Origin: a virus
Taxonomy: Duplodnaviria > Heunggongvirae > Uroviricota > Caudoviricetes
Length of the DNA: 7,171 nt
Direction: 5' to 3' (one strand)
IMG/VR virus record: IMGVR_UViG_2609459832_000011
Under the pieces are notes generated by a model that saw nothing but the letters and a program-made list of their open reading frames with translations, was not told the DNA's origin and did no database searches. The position numbers were made by a program, and so were the translations under genes. Shown piece by piece: positions 1 through 7,171 of the stretch; position 1 is the stretch's first letter, and each line of letters starts with the position of its first letter.

Positions 1-1587
1 ACCGTGCGTTATCTGCCGGAGTCCTTTGAGATCCCCTGGAATCCGAACACCCGTACCGAGGTGAGCACCCTCTGCATCAGCCAGTTTCGCTACAGCGCAC
101 AAATCCGCCCTTCTTCCGTGGTGACCAAAGACTACACCTTTAAACGACCCGGCTGGGCAGGGCGTTTTGATCAGGAAGGCCAGTACCAGGATTACCAGCG
201 CACACAGTATGAAGTGTATGACTACCCCGGACGTTTCAAGGGTGCCCACGGGCAGAACTTTGCCCGCTGGCAGATGGATGGCTGGCGCAACAACGCAGAA
301 GTGGCGCGCGGAACAAGCCGTTCGCCGGAGATATGGCCGGGACGGCGAATTGTGCTGACGGGGCATCCGCAGGCGAACCTGAACCGGGAATGGCAGGTGG
401 TGGCGAGCGATCTTCACGGCGAACAGCCGCAGGCGGTACCGGGACGCAGGGGTTCAGGCACCACGCTGGATAACCACTTTGCGGTAATCCCGGCAGACCG
501 GACATGGCGGCCACAGCCGTTGCTGAAACCGCTGGTGGACGGCCCGCAGAGCGCCGTCGTGACGGGACCGGCAGGCGAGGAAATCTTCTGTGATGAACAT
601 GGCCGCGTGCGGGTGAAATTTAACTGGGACCGCTATAACCCGTCAAACCAGGAAAGTTCATGCTGGATCCGTGTGGCACAGGCGTGGGCAGGCACCGGCT
701 TTGGTAACCTGGCGATACCGCGTGTGGGTCAGGAGGTCATTGTGGACTTCCTCAACGGCGATCCGGACCAGCCGATCATTATGGGGCGTACCTACCACCA
801 GGAAAACCGCCCCCCCGGCAGCCTGCCGGGGACGAAGACGCAGATGACGATCCGCTCGAAAACCTATAAGGGCAGCGGGTTTAATGAACTGAAGTTTGAC
901 GATGCGACAGGGAGAGAACAGGTCTACATCCACGCGCAGAAGAACATGAACACCGAGGTGCTGAATAACCGCACCACTGATGTGATAAACAACCATGCCG
1001 AAAAAATAGGTAACAACCAGGCGATCACCGTTACCAATAACCAGATCCAGAACATTGGCGTTAATCAGATACAGACGGTTGGTGTCAACCAGGTGGAAAC
1101 GGTGGGCAGTAACCAGATTATCAAAGTGGGATCAAACCAGGTTGAAAAGGTGGGGATCATTCGTGCGCTGACGGTGGGTGTGGCTTACCAGACGACGGTA
1201 GGCGGCATTATGAATACCTCGGTGGCGTTGTTGCAGTCCTCACAGGTAGGGCTGCATAAATCACTGATGGTGGGAATGGGCTACAGCGTCAATGTGGGGA
1301 ATAACGTCACCTTCTCGGTGGGCAAGACAATGAAGGAAAACACCGGACAAACAGCAGTTTATTCTGCCGGTGAGCATCTTGAACTCTGCTGTGGTAAGGC
1401 AAGGCTGGTGCTGACGAAGGACGGAAGCATATTTCTCAATGGTACGCACATTCATCTGGAAGGGGAGTCGGATGTGAACGGTGATTCGCCAGTGATTAAC
1501 TGGAACTGTGGTGCCACACAACCTGTACCGGATGCGCCTGTGCCGAAAGATTTACCCCCCGGAATGCCGGATATGCGGCAATTTTGA
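1..1587 (+). CDS. vgrG: Type VI secretion spike protein VgrG, C-terminal part (5' end lies outside the window)
   Basis: The frame is open from base 1 to TGA at 1585..1587. The translation has VgrG hallmarks: a gp27/gp5-like region (FKRPGWAGRFDQEG, RWQMDGWRNNAEV, GRTYHQENRPP), Val-Gly octapeptide beta-helix repeats and a DUF2345-like C-terminal region. The GTG at 4 used by the ORF track is internal, not the real start. Confidence 0.9.
   Translation, partial: TVRYLPESFEIPWNPNTRTEVSTLCISQFRYSAQIRPSSVVTKDYTFKRPGWAGRFDQEGQYQDYQRTQYEVYDYPGRFKGAHGQNFARWQMDGWRNNAEVARGTSRSPEIWPGRRIVLTGHPQANLNREWQVVASDLHGEQPQAVPGRRGSGTTLDNHFAVIPADRTWRPQPLLKPLVDGPQSAVVTGPAGEEIFCDEHGRVRVKFNWDRYNPSNQESSCWIRVAQAWAGTGFGNLAIPRVGQEVIVDFLNGDPDQPIIMGRTYHQENRPPGSLPGTKTQMTIRSKTYKGSGFNELKFDDATGREQVYIHAQKNMNTEVLNNRTTDVINNHAEKIGNNQAITVTNNQIQNIGVNQIQTVGVNQVETVGSNQIIKVGSNQVEKVGIIRALTVGVAYQTTVGGIMNTSVALLQSSQVGLHKSLMVGMGYSVNVGNNVTFSVGKTMKENTGQTAVYSAGEHLELCCGKARLVLTKDGSIFLNGTHIHLEGESDVNGDSPVINWNCGATQPVPDAPVPKDLPPGMPDMRQF
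1006..1155 (+). repeat. Tandem octapeptide Val-Gly repeats inside vgrG (IGNNQAIT/VTNNQIQN/IGVNQIQT/VGVNQVET/VGSNQIIK/VGSNQVEK)
   Basis: Six consecutive 24-nt imperfect direct repeats, each encoding xxxNQxxx with V/I-G periodicity. This matches the classical vgr repeats of VgrG proteins. Confidence 0.65.
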
Positions 1588-1647
1588 GTCAGGTGCAAAA
1601 AATTAAAACGGAACTGGTGCAGTGACCAGATAAACCATATTAAAAGC

Positions 1648-1654
1648 AGAAGGA
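1648..1654 (+). promoter_or_regulatory. Ribosome-binding site for rhs (AGAAGGA, 8-nt spacer to ATG 1663)
   Basis: Purine-rich Shine-Dalgarno-like motif at the right distance upstream of the first ATG of the 1411-codon ORF. Confidence 0.5.
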
Positions 1655-1662
1655 ATTGATTC

Positions 1663-1932
1663 ATGGGCGGAAAACCGGCGGCGCGGCAGGGTGATATGAC
1701 CCGCAAGGGACTGGATATTGTGCAGGGTTCAGCGGGGGGGCTGATAGGTGCGCCGACGGGAGTGGCCTGTTCGGTATGTCCGGGAGGGATTACCTATGCT
1801 AACCCGGTGAACCCGCTGCTGGGTGCGAAGGTGCTGCCGGGCGAGACGGACCTTGCGCTGCCCGGCCCGCTGCCGTTTATTCTTTCCCGCGCCTACAGCA
1901 GCTACCGGACCAGAACACCCGCGCCGGTGGGG
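1663..1932 (+). other. PAAR-like N-terminal domain of Rhs (boundaries approximate)
   Basis: KPAARQGD motif followed by a Gly-rich stretch with paired cysteines (VACSVCPGG). This is the conserved Rhs N-terminal region that caps VgrG in characterised systems. Confidence 0.6.
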
Positions 1933-4900
1933 GTGTTTGGTCCCGGCTGGAAAGCGCCCTTCGATATCCGCTTACAGATACGCGATGAAGGCCTGATACT
2001 CAACGACAACGGCGGCAGGAGCATTCACTTTGAGCCGCTGTTTCCCGGCGAGATAAGCTACAGCCGCAGCGAGTCACTCTGGCTGGCGCGGGGCGGGGTG
2101 GCGGAGCAGCACAGTTCGCAGCCGCTAAGCGCACTCTGGCAGGTGCTGCCGGAAGATGTTCGCCTGAGTCCGCATGTGTACCTGGCGACAAACAGCCTTC
2201 AGGGGCCGTGGTGGATACTCAGCTGGCCGGAGCGGGTGCCGGGGGCGGACGAGGTGCTGCCGCCTCCGCCGCCCGCATACCGGGTGCTGACGGGGGTGGT
2301 GGACGGCTTCGGGCGGACGCTGACTTTCCACCGGGCAGCTAAGGGTGACGTGGCGGGCGCGGTGACGGGGGTGACGGACGGCGCGGGCCGCCGTTTTCAC
2401 CTGGCGCTGACCACGCAGGCGCAGCGGGCGGAAGCCTTCCGTAAACAGCGCGCCACGTCTTTATCTTCCCCTGCCGGTCCCCGTTCTGCTTCCTCTTCTT
2501 CTGCTTTCCCCGACACGCTGCCCGCCGGTACAGAATACGGTGCCGATAACGGTATCCGGCTGGAGGCGGTGTGGCTGACACACGACCCGGCATACCCGGA
2601 TGAACAGCCGACTGCGCCGCTGGCGCGCTACACGTACACGGCCAGCGGAGAACTGCGGGCGGTGTATGACCGCAGCGGGACGCAGGTTCGCGGGTTTACT
2701 TATGATGCGGAGCACGCCGGGCGGATGGTGGCACACCATTATGCGGGGAGGCCGGAGAGCCGCTACCGGTATGATGATACCGGGCGGGTGACGGAGCAGG
2801 TCAACCCGGAGGGGCTGGACTATCGCTTTGAGTACGGGCAGGACCGTGTGACCATCACGGACAGCCTGAACCGGCGGGAGGTGCTGTACACGGAGGGCGA
2901 AGGCGGCCTGAAGCGTGTGGTGAAGAAGGAGCATGCGGACGGCAGCATCACCCGCAGCGAGTATGATGAGGCGGGGAGGCTGAAGGCGCAGACGGATGCG
3001 GCGGGACGGCGGACGGAGTACCGACTGCATATGGCGTCTGGAAAGCTGACTTCAGTGATACTGCCGGATGGCAGGACGGTACGGTATGGCTATAACAGCC
3101 AGCGGCAGGTGACGTCGGTGACGTACCCGGACGGGCTTCGCAGCAGCCGGGAGTATGATGAGAAGGGAAGGCTGGCGGCGGAGACCTCACGCAGCGGTGA
3201 GACGACGAGTTACAGCTATGATGACCCGGCGAGTGAGCTGCCGACAGGGATACAGGACGCGACGGGCAGTACAAAACAGATGGCATGGAGCCGTTACGGT
3301 CAACTGCTGGCCTTTACGGACTGCTCGGGGTACACGACGCGGTATGAGTACGACCGGTACGGTCAACAAATCGCCGTTCACCGGGAAGAAGGCATCAGCA
3401 CTTACAGCAGTTATAACCCGCGTGGGCAAATGGTCAGTCAGAAGGATGCGCAGGGGCGTGAAACCCGTTATGAGTACAGCGCCGCAGGAGACCTGACAGC
3501 AACGGTATCACCGGACGGTAAACGCAGCACCATCGCATATGATAAACGCGGGCGTCCGGTGAGTGTGACGGAAGGTGGACTGACGCGCAGCATGGGGTAT
3601 GACGCTGCCGGGCGCATCACCGTGCTGACCAACGAGAACGGCAGCCAGTCCACGTTCCGGTATGACCCGGTGGACAGGCTGACTGAACAGCGCGGTTTTG
3701 ACGGCCGGACGCAACGTTACCACTATGACCTGACCGGAAAACTCACGCAGAGTGAAGACGAGGGGCTTATCACCCTCTGGCACTACGATGCGTCGGACCG
3801 CATCACGCACCGGACGGTGAACGGCGACCCGGCAGAGCAGTGGCAGTATGATGAGCACGGGTGGTTAACCACCCTCAGCCATACCTGTGAAGGCCACCGC
3901 GTGTCGGTCCACTACGGCTATGACGATAAAGGCCGCCTGACGGGTGAACGGCAGACGGTGGAGAACCCGGAGACAGGGGAGATGCTGTGGGAGCATGAGA
4001 CGGGGCATGCGTACAGCGAACAGGGGCTGGCGACCCGTCAGGAGCCGGACGGTCTGCCGCCGGTGGAGTGGCTGACGTATGGCAGCGGTTATCTTGCGGG
4101 GATGAAGCTGGGCGGAACACCGCTGGTCGAGTACACGCGGGACCGGCTGCACCGTGAGACGGTGCGCAGCTTCGGCAGCATGGCAGGCAGTAATGCAGCA
4201 TATGAACTGACCAGCACATACACCCTCACAGGGCAGCTACAGAGCAGGCACCTGAACCTCCCGCAGCTTGACCGGGACTACGACTGGAACGACAACGGAC
4301 AGCTAATCCGCATCAGCGGCCCGCAGGAGAGCCGGGAGTACCGTTACAGTGACACGGGAAGGCTGACGGGCGTCCACACCACGGCGGCGAACCTGGATAT
4401 CGATATCCCGTATGCGACGGACCCGGCAGGAAACCGGCTGCCGGACCCGGAACTGCACCCGGACAGCACGCTCACGGCGTGGCCGGATAACCGCATCGCG
4501 GAAGATGCGCACTATGTCTACCGCCACGATGAATACGGCAGGCTGGCGGAGAAGACGGACCTCATCCCGGAAGGGGTTATCCGGATGCACGACGAGCGGA
4601 CCCACCACTACCATTACGACAGCCAGCACCGTCTGGTGTTCTACACGCGGATACAGCACGGCGAACCACAGGTGGAGAGCCGGTACCTCTATGACCCGCT
4701 GGGCCGCCGGACGGGAAAACGGGTATGGCGGCGGGAGCGTGACCTGACGGGGTGGATGTCGCTGTCGCGTAAACCGGAGGAGACCTGGTACGGGTGGGAC
4801 GGTGACAGGCTGACCACTGTACAGACCCAACAGACAAGAATCCAGACGGTATACCAGCCGGGAAGCTTCACGCCGCTCCTGAGAATCGAAACAGAGAATG

Positions 4901-5898
4901 GCGAACAGGCGAAGGCGCGGCACCGGAGCCTGGCGGAGGTGTTGCAGGAGGACACGGGGGTGACGCTTCCGGCGGAGCTGGCGGTGATGCTGGGGAGGCT
5001 GGAGCGGGAACTGCGTGCGGGAGCGGTGAGTGCGGAGAGTGAGGCATGGCTTGCGCAGTGCGGGCTGACGGTGGAGCAGATGGAAAGCCAGATGGAGGCG
5101 GAATACATCCCGGAGCGGAGGCTGCATCTTTACCACTGTGACCACCGGGGACTGCCGCAGGCGCTCATCAGCCCGGAAGGGGAAACGGCGTGGTGCGGGG
5201 AGTATGACGAGTGGGGGAACCAGCTTAATGAGGAGAACCCGCATCACCTGTACCAGCCGTACCGGCTGCCGGGGCAGCAGTATGATGAGGAGTCGGGACT
5301 GTATTACAACCGTCACCGGTACTACGATCCGTTGCAGGGGCGGTATATCACCCAGGATCCGATAGGGTTGAAGGGGGGAATAAATCTATACACGTATCCA
5401 CTGGCACCAATACGTTACACTGATCCACTGGGGTTAGAACGAGTTATAAGTGTATATGGGCCTCCCGCTCCAGACCGGGCAGGTGCTGAAACTCCTCTTG
5501 TTCTTACTGATATGACTGGAGGAGTGACTATTTATTATGATCCTGAAACAGGTGATTCAATGACTTTTGATAGTAGCAATAGAATTGATCGTCGTTCTCA
5601 ACGTGGTGCTGGTGATCCATATACAGGTGAAGTCGTTGGTTGTGAGACAAATGAATCAGGAATATCGGCAGCATATGGCACAACGAAGATCTATACTACA
5701 GATACTAGAGCAAGATGGCTACATGGTGGGGGATCATCGTTGCGCGATCCTTATGCTCCTCGACAAGGCTGGAAACCAACTATGGGATGTACCCGTGCAC
5801 AGAATGAAGATGTAGATGAGTTGTGTAAGAAAGTGACAAGTTGGATGTATTCGCATCCTGGAGAGAGAATTAGATATGAACGTTTTAAGACACGTTAA
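1663..5898 (+). CDS. rhs: Rhs family polymorphic toxin: N-terminal PAAR-like domain, RHS/YD-repeat core and variable C-terminal toxin tip
   Basis: 1411-codon ORF from ATG 1663 to TAA 5896..5898. The N-terminus [12 protein letters not shown]...[14 protein letters not shown] contains a literal PAAR motif. Many YDxxGR(L/V) repeats follow. The hyperconserved core end is [38 protein letters not shown], then a divergent AT-rich tip. Confidence 0.95.
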   Translation: MGGKPAARQGDMTRKGLDIVQGSAGGLIGAPTGVACSVCPGGITYANPVNPLLGAKVLPGETDLALPGPLPFILSRAYSSYRTRTPAPVGVFGPGWKAPFDIRLQIRDEGLILNDNGGRSIHFEPLFPGEISYSRSESLWLARGGVAEQHSSQPLSALWQVLPEDVRLSPHVYLATNSLQGPWWILSWPERVPGADEVLPPPPPAYRVLTGVVDGFGRTLTFHRAAKGDVAGAVTGVTDGAGRRFHLALTTQAQRAEAFRKQRATSLSSPAGPRSASSSSAFPDTLPAGTEYGADNGIRLEAVWLTHDPAYPDEQPTAPLARYTYTASGELRAVYDRSGTQVRGFTYDAEHAGRMVAHHYAGRPESRYRYDDTGRVTEQVNPEGLDYRFEYGQDRVTITDSLNRREVLYTEGEGGLKRVVKKEHADGSITRSEYDEAGRLKAQTDAAGRRTEYRLHMASGKLTSVILPDGRTVRYGYNSQRQVTSVTYPDGLRSSREYDEKGRLAAETSRSGETTSYSYDDPASELPTGIQDATGSTKQMAWSRYGQLLAFTDCSGYTTRYEYDRYGQQIAVHREEGISTYSSYNPRGQMVSQKDAQGRETRYEYSAAGDLTATVSPDGKRSTIAYDKRGRPVSVTEGGLTRSMGYDAAGRITVLTNENGSQSTFRYDPVDRLTEQRGFDGRTQRYHYDLTGKLTQSEDEGLITLWHYDASDRITHRTVNGDPAEQWQYDEHGWLTTLSHTCEGHRVSVHYGYDDKGRLTGERQTVENPETGEMLWEHETGHAYSEQGLATRQEPDGLPPVEWLTYGSGYLAGMKLGGTPLVEYTRDRLHRETVRSFGSMAGSNAAYELTSTYTLTGQLQSRHLNLPQLDRDYDWNDNGQLIRISGPQESREYRYSDTGRLTGVHTTAANLDIDIPYATDPAGNRLPDPELHPDSTLTAWPDNRIAEDAHYVYRHDEYGRLAEKTDLIPEGVIRMHDERTHHYHYDSQHRLVFYTRIQHGEPQVESRYLYDPLGRRTGKRVWRRERDLTGWMSLSRKPEETWYGWDGDRLTTVQTQQTRIQTVYQPGSFTPLLRIETENGEQAKARHRSLAEVLQEDTGVTLPAELAVMLGRLERELRAGAVSAESEAWLAQCGLTVEQMESQMEAEYIPERRLHLYHCDHRGLPQALISPEGETAWCGEYDEWGNQLNEENPHHLYQPYRLPGQQYDEESGLYYNRHRYYDPLQGRYITQDPIGLKGGINLYTYPLAPIRYTDPLGLERVISVYGPPAPDRAGAETPLVLTDMTGGVTIYYDPETGDSMTFDSSNRIDRRSQRGAGDPYTGEVVGCETNESGISAAYGTTKIYTTDTRARWLHGGGSSLRDPYAPRQGWKPTMGCTRAQNEDVDELCKKVTSWMYSHPGERIRYERFKTR
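2626..4710 (+). repeat. RHS/YD-repeat region (protein-level repeats forming the Rhs shell; boundaries approximate)
   Basis: Recurrent YxYDxxGRL-type motifs, e.g. [97 protein letters not shown]. Confidence 0.7.
5422..5436 (+). other. DPxGL motif (DPLGL) marking the end of the Rhs core and the likely autoproteolytic release site of the C-terminal toxin
   Basis: The sequence [10 protein letters not shown] closes the conserved core. The DNA composition switches from GC-rich to AT-rich within about 50 nt of this motif. Confidence 0.8.
5437..5895 (+). other. Rhs C-terminal toxin tip (153 aa) with a YkuD-like L,D-transpeptidase catalytic signature
   Basis: His at 5722..5724 (WLHGGG), then 18 residues, then T-M-G-C-T-R with Cys at 5788..5790 and Arg at 5794..5796, then NEDVDEL at 5803..5823. 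Compare the YkuD consensus HG-x(14-18)-[ST]xGC[IV]R-x-N[KE]D[VI]xEL. Confidence 0.65.
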
Positions 5899-6109
5899 TG
5901 CGATTAACATGGGAGTGTGCATTCTAATTTTGGTTATTGGATGTGCAAATGCTAAAGTTCTTAAACGATGTATATTACCCGCTCCTGATGGTGGCGTAGA
6001 AAAACTATCAAAACCCAACTTACATGGAGTAATTAAAAAAGTTGATTTGAACACAAATGAAGCGGAAATTAAAATAAAAGAGGGGGGGGGCAGTGAGTTT
6101 TATTTTTAA
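5876..6109 (+). CDS. Putative Rhs immunity lipoprotein (77 aa as written; possibly truncated by a frameshift at the G9 tract)
   Basis: ATG 5876 overlaps the rhs 3' end by 23 nt. GGAGAG lies upstream at 5860..5865. The N-terminus [23 protein letters not shown]|ANAK has a basic n-region, a hydrophobic core and a lipobox (V-I-G-C, Cys codon 5942..5944). The ORF is AT-rich like the toxin tip and sits where Rhs immunity genes normally lie. Confidence 0.55.
   Translation: MNVLRHVNAINMGVCILILVIGCANAKVLKRCILPAPDGGVEKLSKPNLHGVIKKVDLNTNEAEIKIKEGGGSEFYF
6082..6090 (+). repeat. G9 homopolymeric tract inside the 3' end of the immunity-candidate ORF
   Basis: Nine consecutive G in otherwise strongly AT-rich DNA. 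A -1 G change shifts translation into a frame that stays open to TGA 6267..6269. Confidence 0.9.
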
Positions 6110-6309
6110 TGAGGAAACATTGTATTTTACTGTTTTTGGTGGGGATTTTATTATGGATGATTTAAAAAAAGTAAAAAATACGGAAGCATGGGTATGGTAT
6201 AAAAATTGCGATAGTAAAAATAAAAATGTGGCAGTTGAACTTCTTCAAATCTACGAATTGCATCAATGAAAAATATAGTTAAATAGAGGAGGTTATTAAT
6301 AGCAGGAAA

Positions 6310-6333
6310 AGCATCACGTGATGCTGATTTTTT
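6310..6333 (+). terminator. Candidate rho-independent terminator (AGCATCAC/GTGATGCT palindrome followed by a T6 run)
   Basis: Perfect inverted repeat at 6310..6325 (aGCATCACGTGATGCt) followed by GATTTTTTG, with the T-run at 6328..6333. It lies downstream of the rhs/immunity module and upstream of the H-rpt ORF. Confidence 0.45.
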
Positions 6334-6436
6334 GCACTAAATAATTCGCATTTTATGTTTAAAAATTGAGATATTCCTTATTACCTAAAGCTGTTTTTTA
6401 TTGCTTATACATGATCAAATACTCCTTACATAATTA

Positions 6437-6441
6437 AGGAG
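6437..6441 (+). promoter_or_regulatory. Ribosome-binding site for the H-rpt transposase ORF (AGGAG, 6-nt spacer to ATG 6448)
   Basis: Canonical Shine-Dalgarno core in TAAGGAGAACAAAATG. Confidence 0.6.
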
Positions 6442-6447
6442 AACAAA

Positions 6448-7171
6448 ATGGAACTTAAAAAATTGATGGAACATATTTCTGTTATCCCCGATTACAGACA
6501 AGCCTGGAAAGTGGAACATAAATTATCGGATATTCTACTGTTGACTATTTGTGCCGTTATTTCTGGTGCAGAAGGCTGGGAAGATATAGAGGATTTTGGG
6601 GAAACACATCCCGATGTTTTGAAGTGATATGGTGATTTTGAAAATGGTATTCCTGTTCACGATACTATTGCCAGAGTTGTATCCTGTATCAGTCCTGCAA
6701 AATTTCATGAGTGCTTTATTAACTGGATGCGTGACTGCCATTCTTCAGATGATAAAGACGTCATCGCAATTGATGGAAAAACGCTCCGGCACTCTTATGA
6801 CAAGAGTCGCCGCAGGGGAGCGATTCATGTCATTAGTGCGTTCTCAACAATGCACAGTCTGGTCATCGGACAGATCAGGACGGATGAGAAATCTAATGAG
6901 ATTACAGCTATCCCAGAACTTCTTAACATGCTGGATATTAAAGGAAAAATCATCACAACTGATGCGATGGGTTGCCAGAAAGATATTGCAGAGAAGATAC
7001 AAAAACAGGGCGGTGATTATTTATTCGCGGTAAAAGGAAACCAGGGGCGGCTTAATAAAGCCTTTGAGGAAAAATTTCCGCTGAAAGAATTAAATAATCC
7101 AGAGCATGACAGTTACGCAATCAGTGAAAAGAGTCACGGCAGAGAAGAAATCCGTCTTCATATTGTTTGCG
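6448..7171 (+). pseudogene. H-repeat-associated (H-rpt) ISAs1-family transposase gene interrupted by an in-frame TGA at codon 60 (6625..6627); 3' end outside the window
   Basis: The translation [116 protein letters not shown]... matches the H-rpt proteins found in E. coli Rhs elements, recalled from memory. The same frame stays open from 6628 to the window end. The track ORF 6629..7033 is in a different frame and is not the real gene. Confidence 0.8.

Larger units (their letters stand above)
6350..7171 (+). mobile_element. H-rpt / ISAs1-family insertion element (left boundary not determined; right end outside the window)
   Basis: Inferred from the transposase ORF. H-rpt elements are recalled to carry roughly 150 bp of non-coding flank in total, so the left end should lie within the AT-rich stretch upstream of 6448. 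No terminal inverted repeat could be identified by eye. Confidence 0.35.

Noticed and set aside
167-358. Plus-strand alternative-frame ORFs overlapping vgrG/rhs (167..358, 2600..2791, 3155..3496, 4412..4747, 5138..5365, 5567..5815)
   Set aside because: They are out of frame with well-supported genes, and their products are Arg/Thr/Ser-rich or otherwise low-complexity with no independent evidence.
2461-3030. Minus-strand ORF of 189 aa, and the similar minus-strand ORFs at 236..514, 658..996, 1261..1521, 1452..1706, 2000..2191, 2125..2400, 2339..2593, 2948..3286, 3187..3429, 3468..3653, 3508..3858, 3865..4152, 3875..4219, 4577..4837 and 4689..5108
   Set aside because: All lie antisense to the strongly supported vgrG and rhs coding frames in GC-rich DNA, where stop codons are rare on the opposite strand. 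Their translations are Arg/Pro/Leu-rich low-complexity sequences typical of antisense artefacts.
4303-5316. Long minus-strand ORF (337 aa) inside the rhs core
   Set aside because: Fully embedded antisense to the conserved Rhs core, with an Arg/Leu/Pro/Val-biased translation and no recognisable motifs or start context. It is a GC-rich antisense artefact.
5734-6054. Minus-strand ORF (106 aa) spanning the rhs tip and the immunity candidate
   Set aside because: It overlaps two better-supported + strand ORFs. A periplasmic lipoprotein immunity gene co-oriented with rhs is the expected architecture.
6285-6292. Strong Shine-Dalgarno-like AGAGGAGG
   Set aside because: No ATG, GTG or TTG start lies 4..12 nt downstream in an open frame, so it is probably fortuitous or part of the terminator region.
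6332-6360. Possible sigma70 promoter (TTGCAC ... TATGTT) upstream of the H-rpt ORF
   Set aside because: -10-like hexamers occur by chance throughout this AT-rich stretch. The match is too weak to call without transcription start data.
6629-7033. Plus-strand ORF of 134 aa and the minus-strand ORF at 6535..6741
   Set aside because: Both are out of frame with, or antisense to, the H-rpt transposase frame, whose translation is recognisable and continuous from 6448 apart from a single TGA. They are AT-rich frame artefacts.
1-7171. CRISPR arrays, tRNA or rRNA genes
   Set aside because: No regularly spaced direct repeats with unique spacers and no tRNA-like cloverleaf candidates were seen. The only repeats are the coding vgr and YD repeats.

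Overview
This window reads as an Rhs polymorphic-toxin element of an enterobacterial (E. coli-like) genome, all on the + strand. It holds the 3' part of a vgrG spike gene (1..1587, start outside the window), then after a 75-bp gap a complete 1411-aa PAAR-Rhs toxin gene (1663..5898). The Rhs gene has a GC-rich core with many YD repeats ending at a DPLGL motif (5422..5436), followed by an AT-rich 153-aa C-terminal tip (5437..5895). That tip carries a YkuD-type L,D-transpeptidase signature (LHGGG-x-TMGCTR-x-NEDVDEL), suggesting a peptidoglycan-targeting, Tlde1-like effector. A small ORF (5876..6109) overlaps the rhs 3' end by 23 nt and encodes a lipobox signal peptide (LVIG|C), making it the candidate periplasmic immunity lipoprotein. 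Its 3' end contains a G9 homopolymer (6082..6090); removing one G would extend the reading frame to 6269. Further downstream are a hairpin plus T-run terminator (6310..6333) and an H-rpt/ISAs1-family transposase gene (6448 to window end) interrupted by an in-frame TGA at codon 60 (6625..6627). All minus-strand ORFs in the track look like antisense artefacts of the GC-rich Rhs core. No tRNA, rRNA or CRISPR array was seen.
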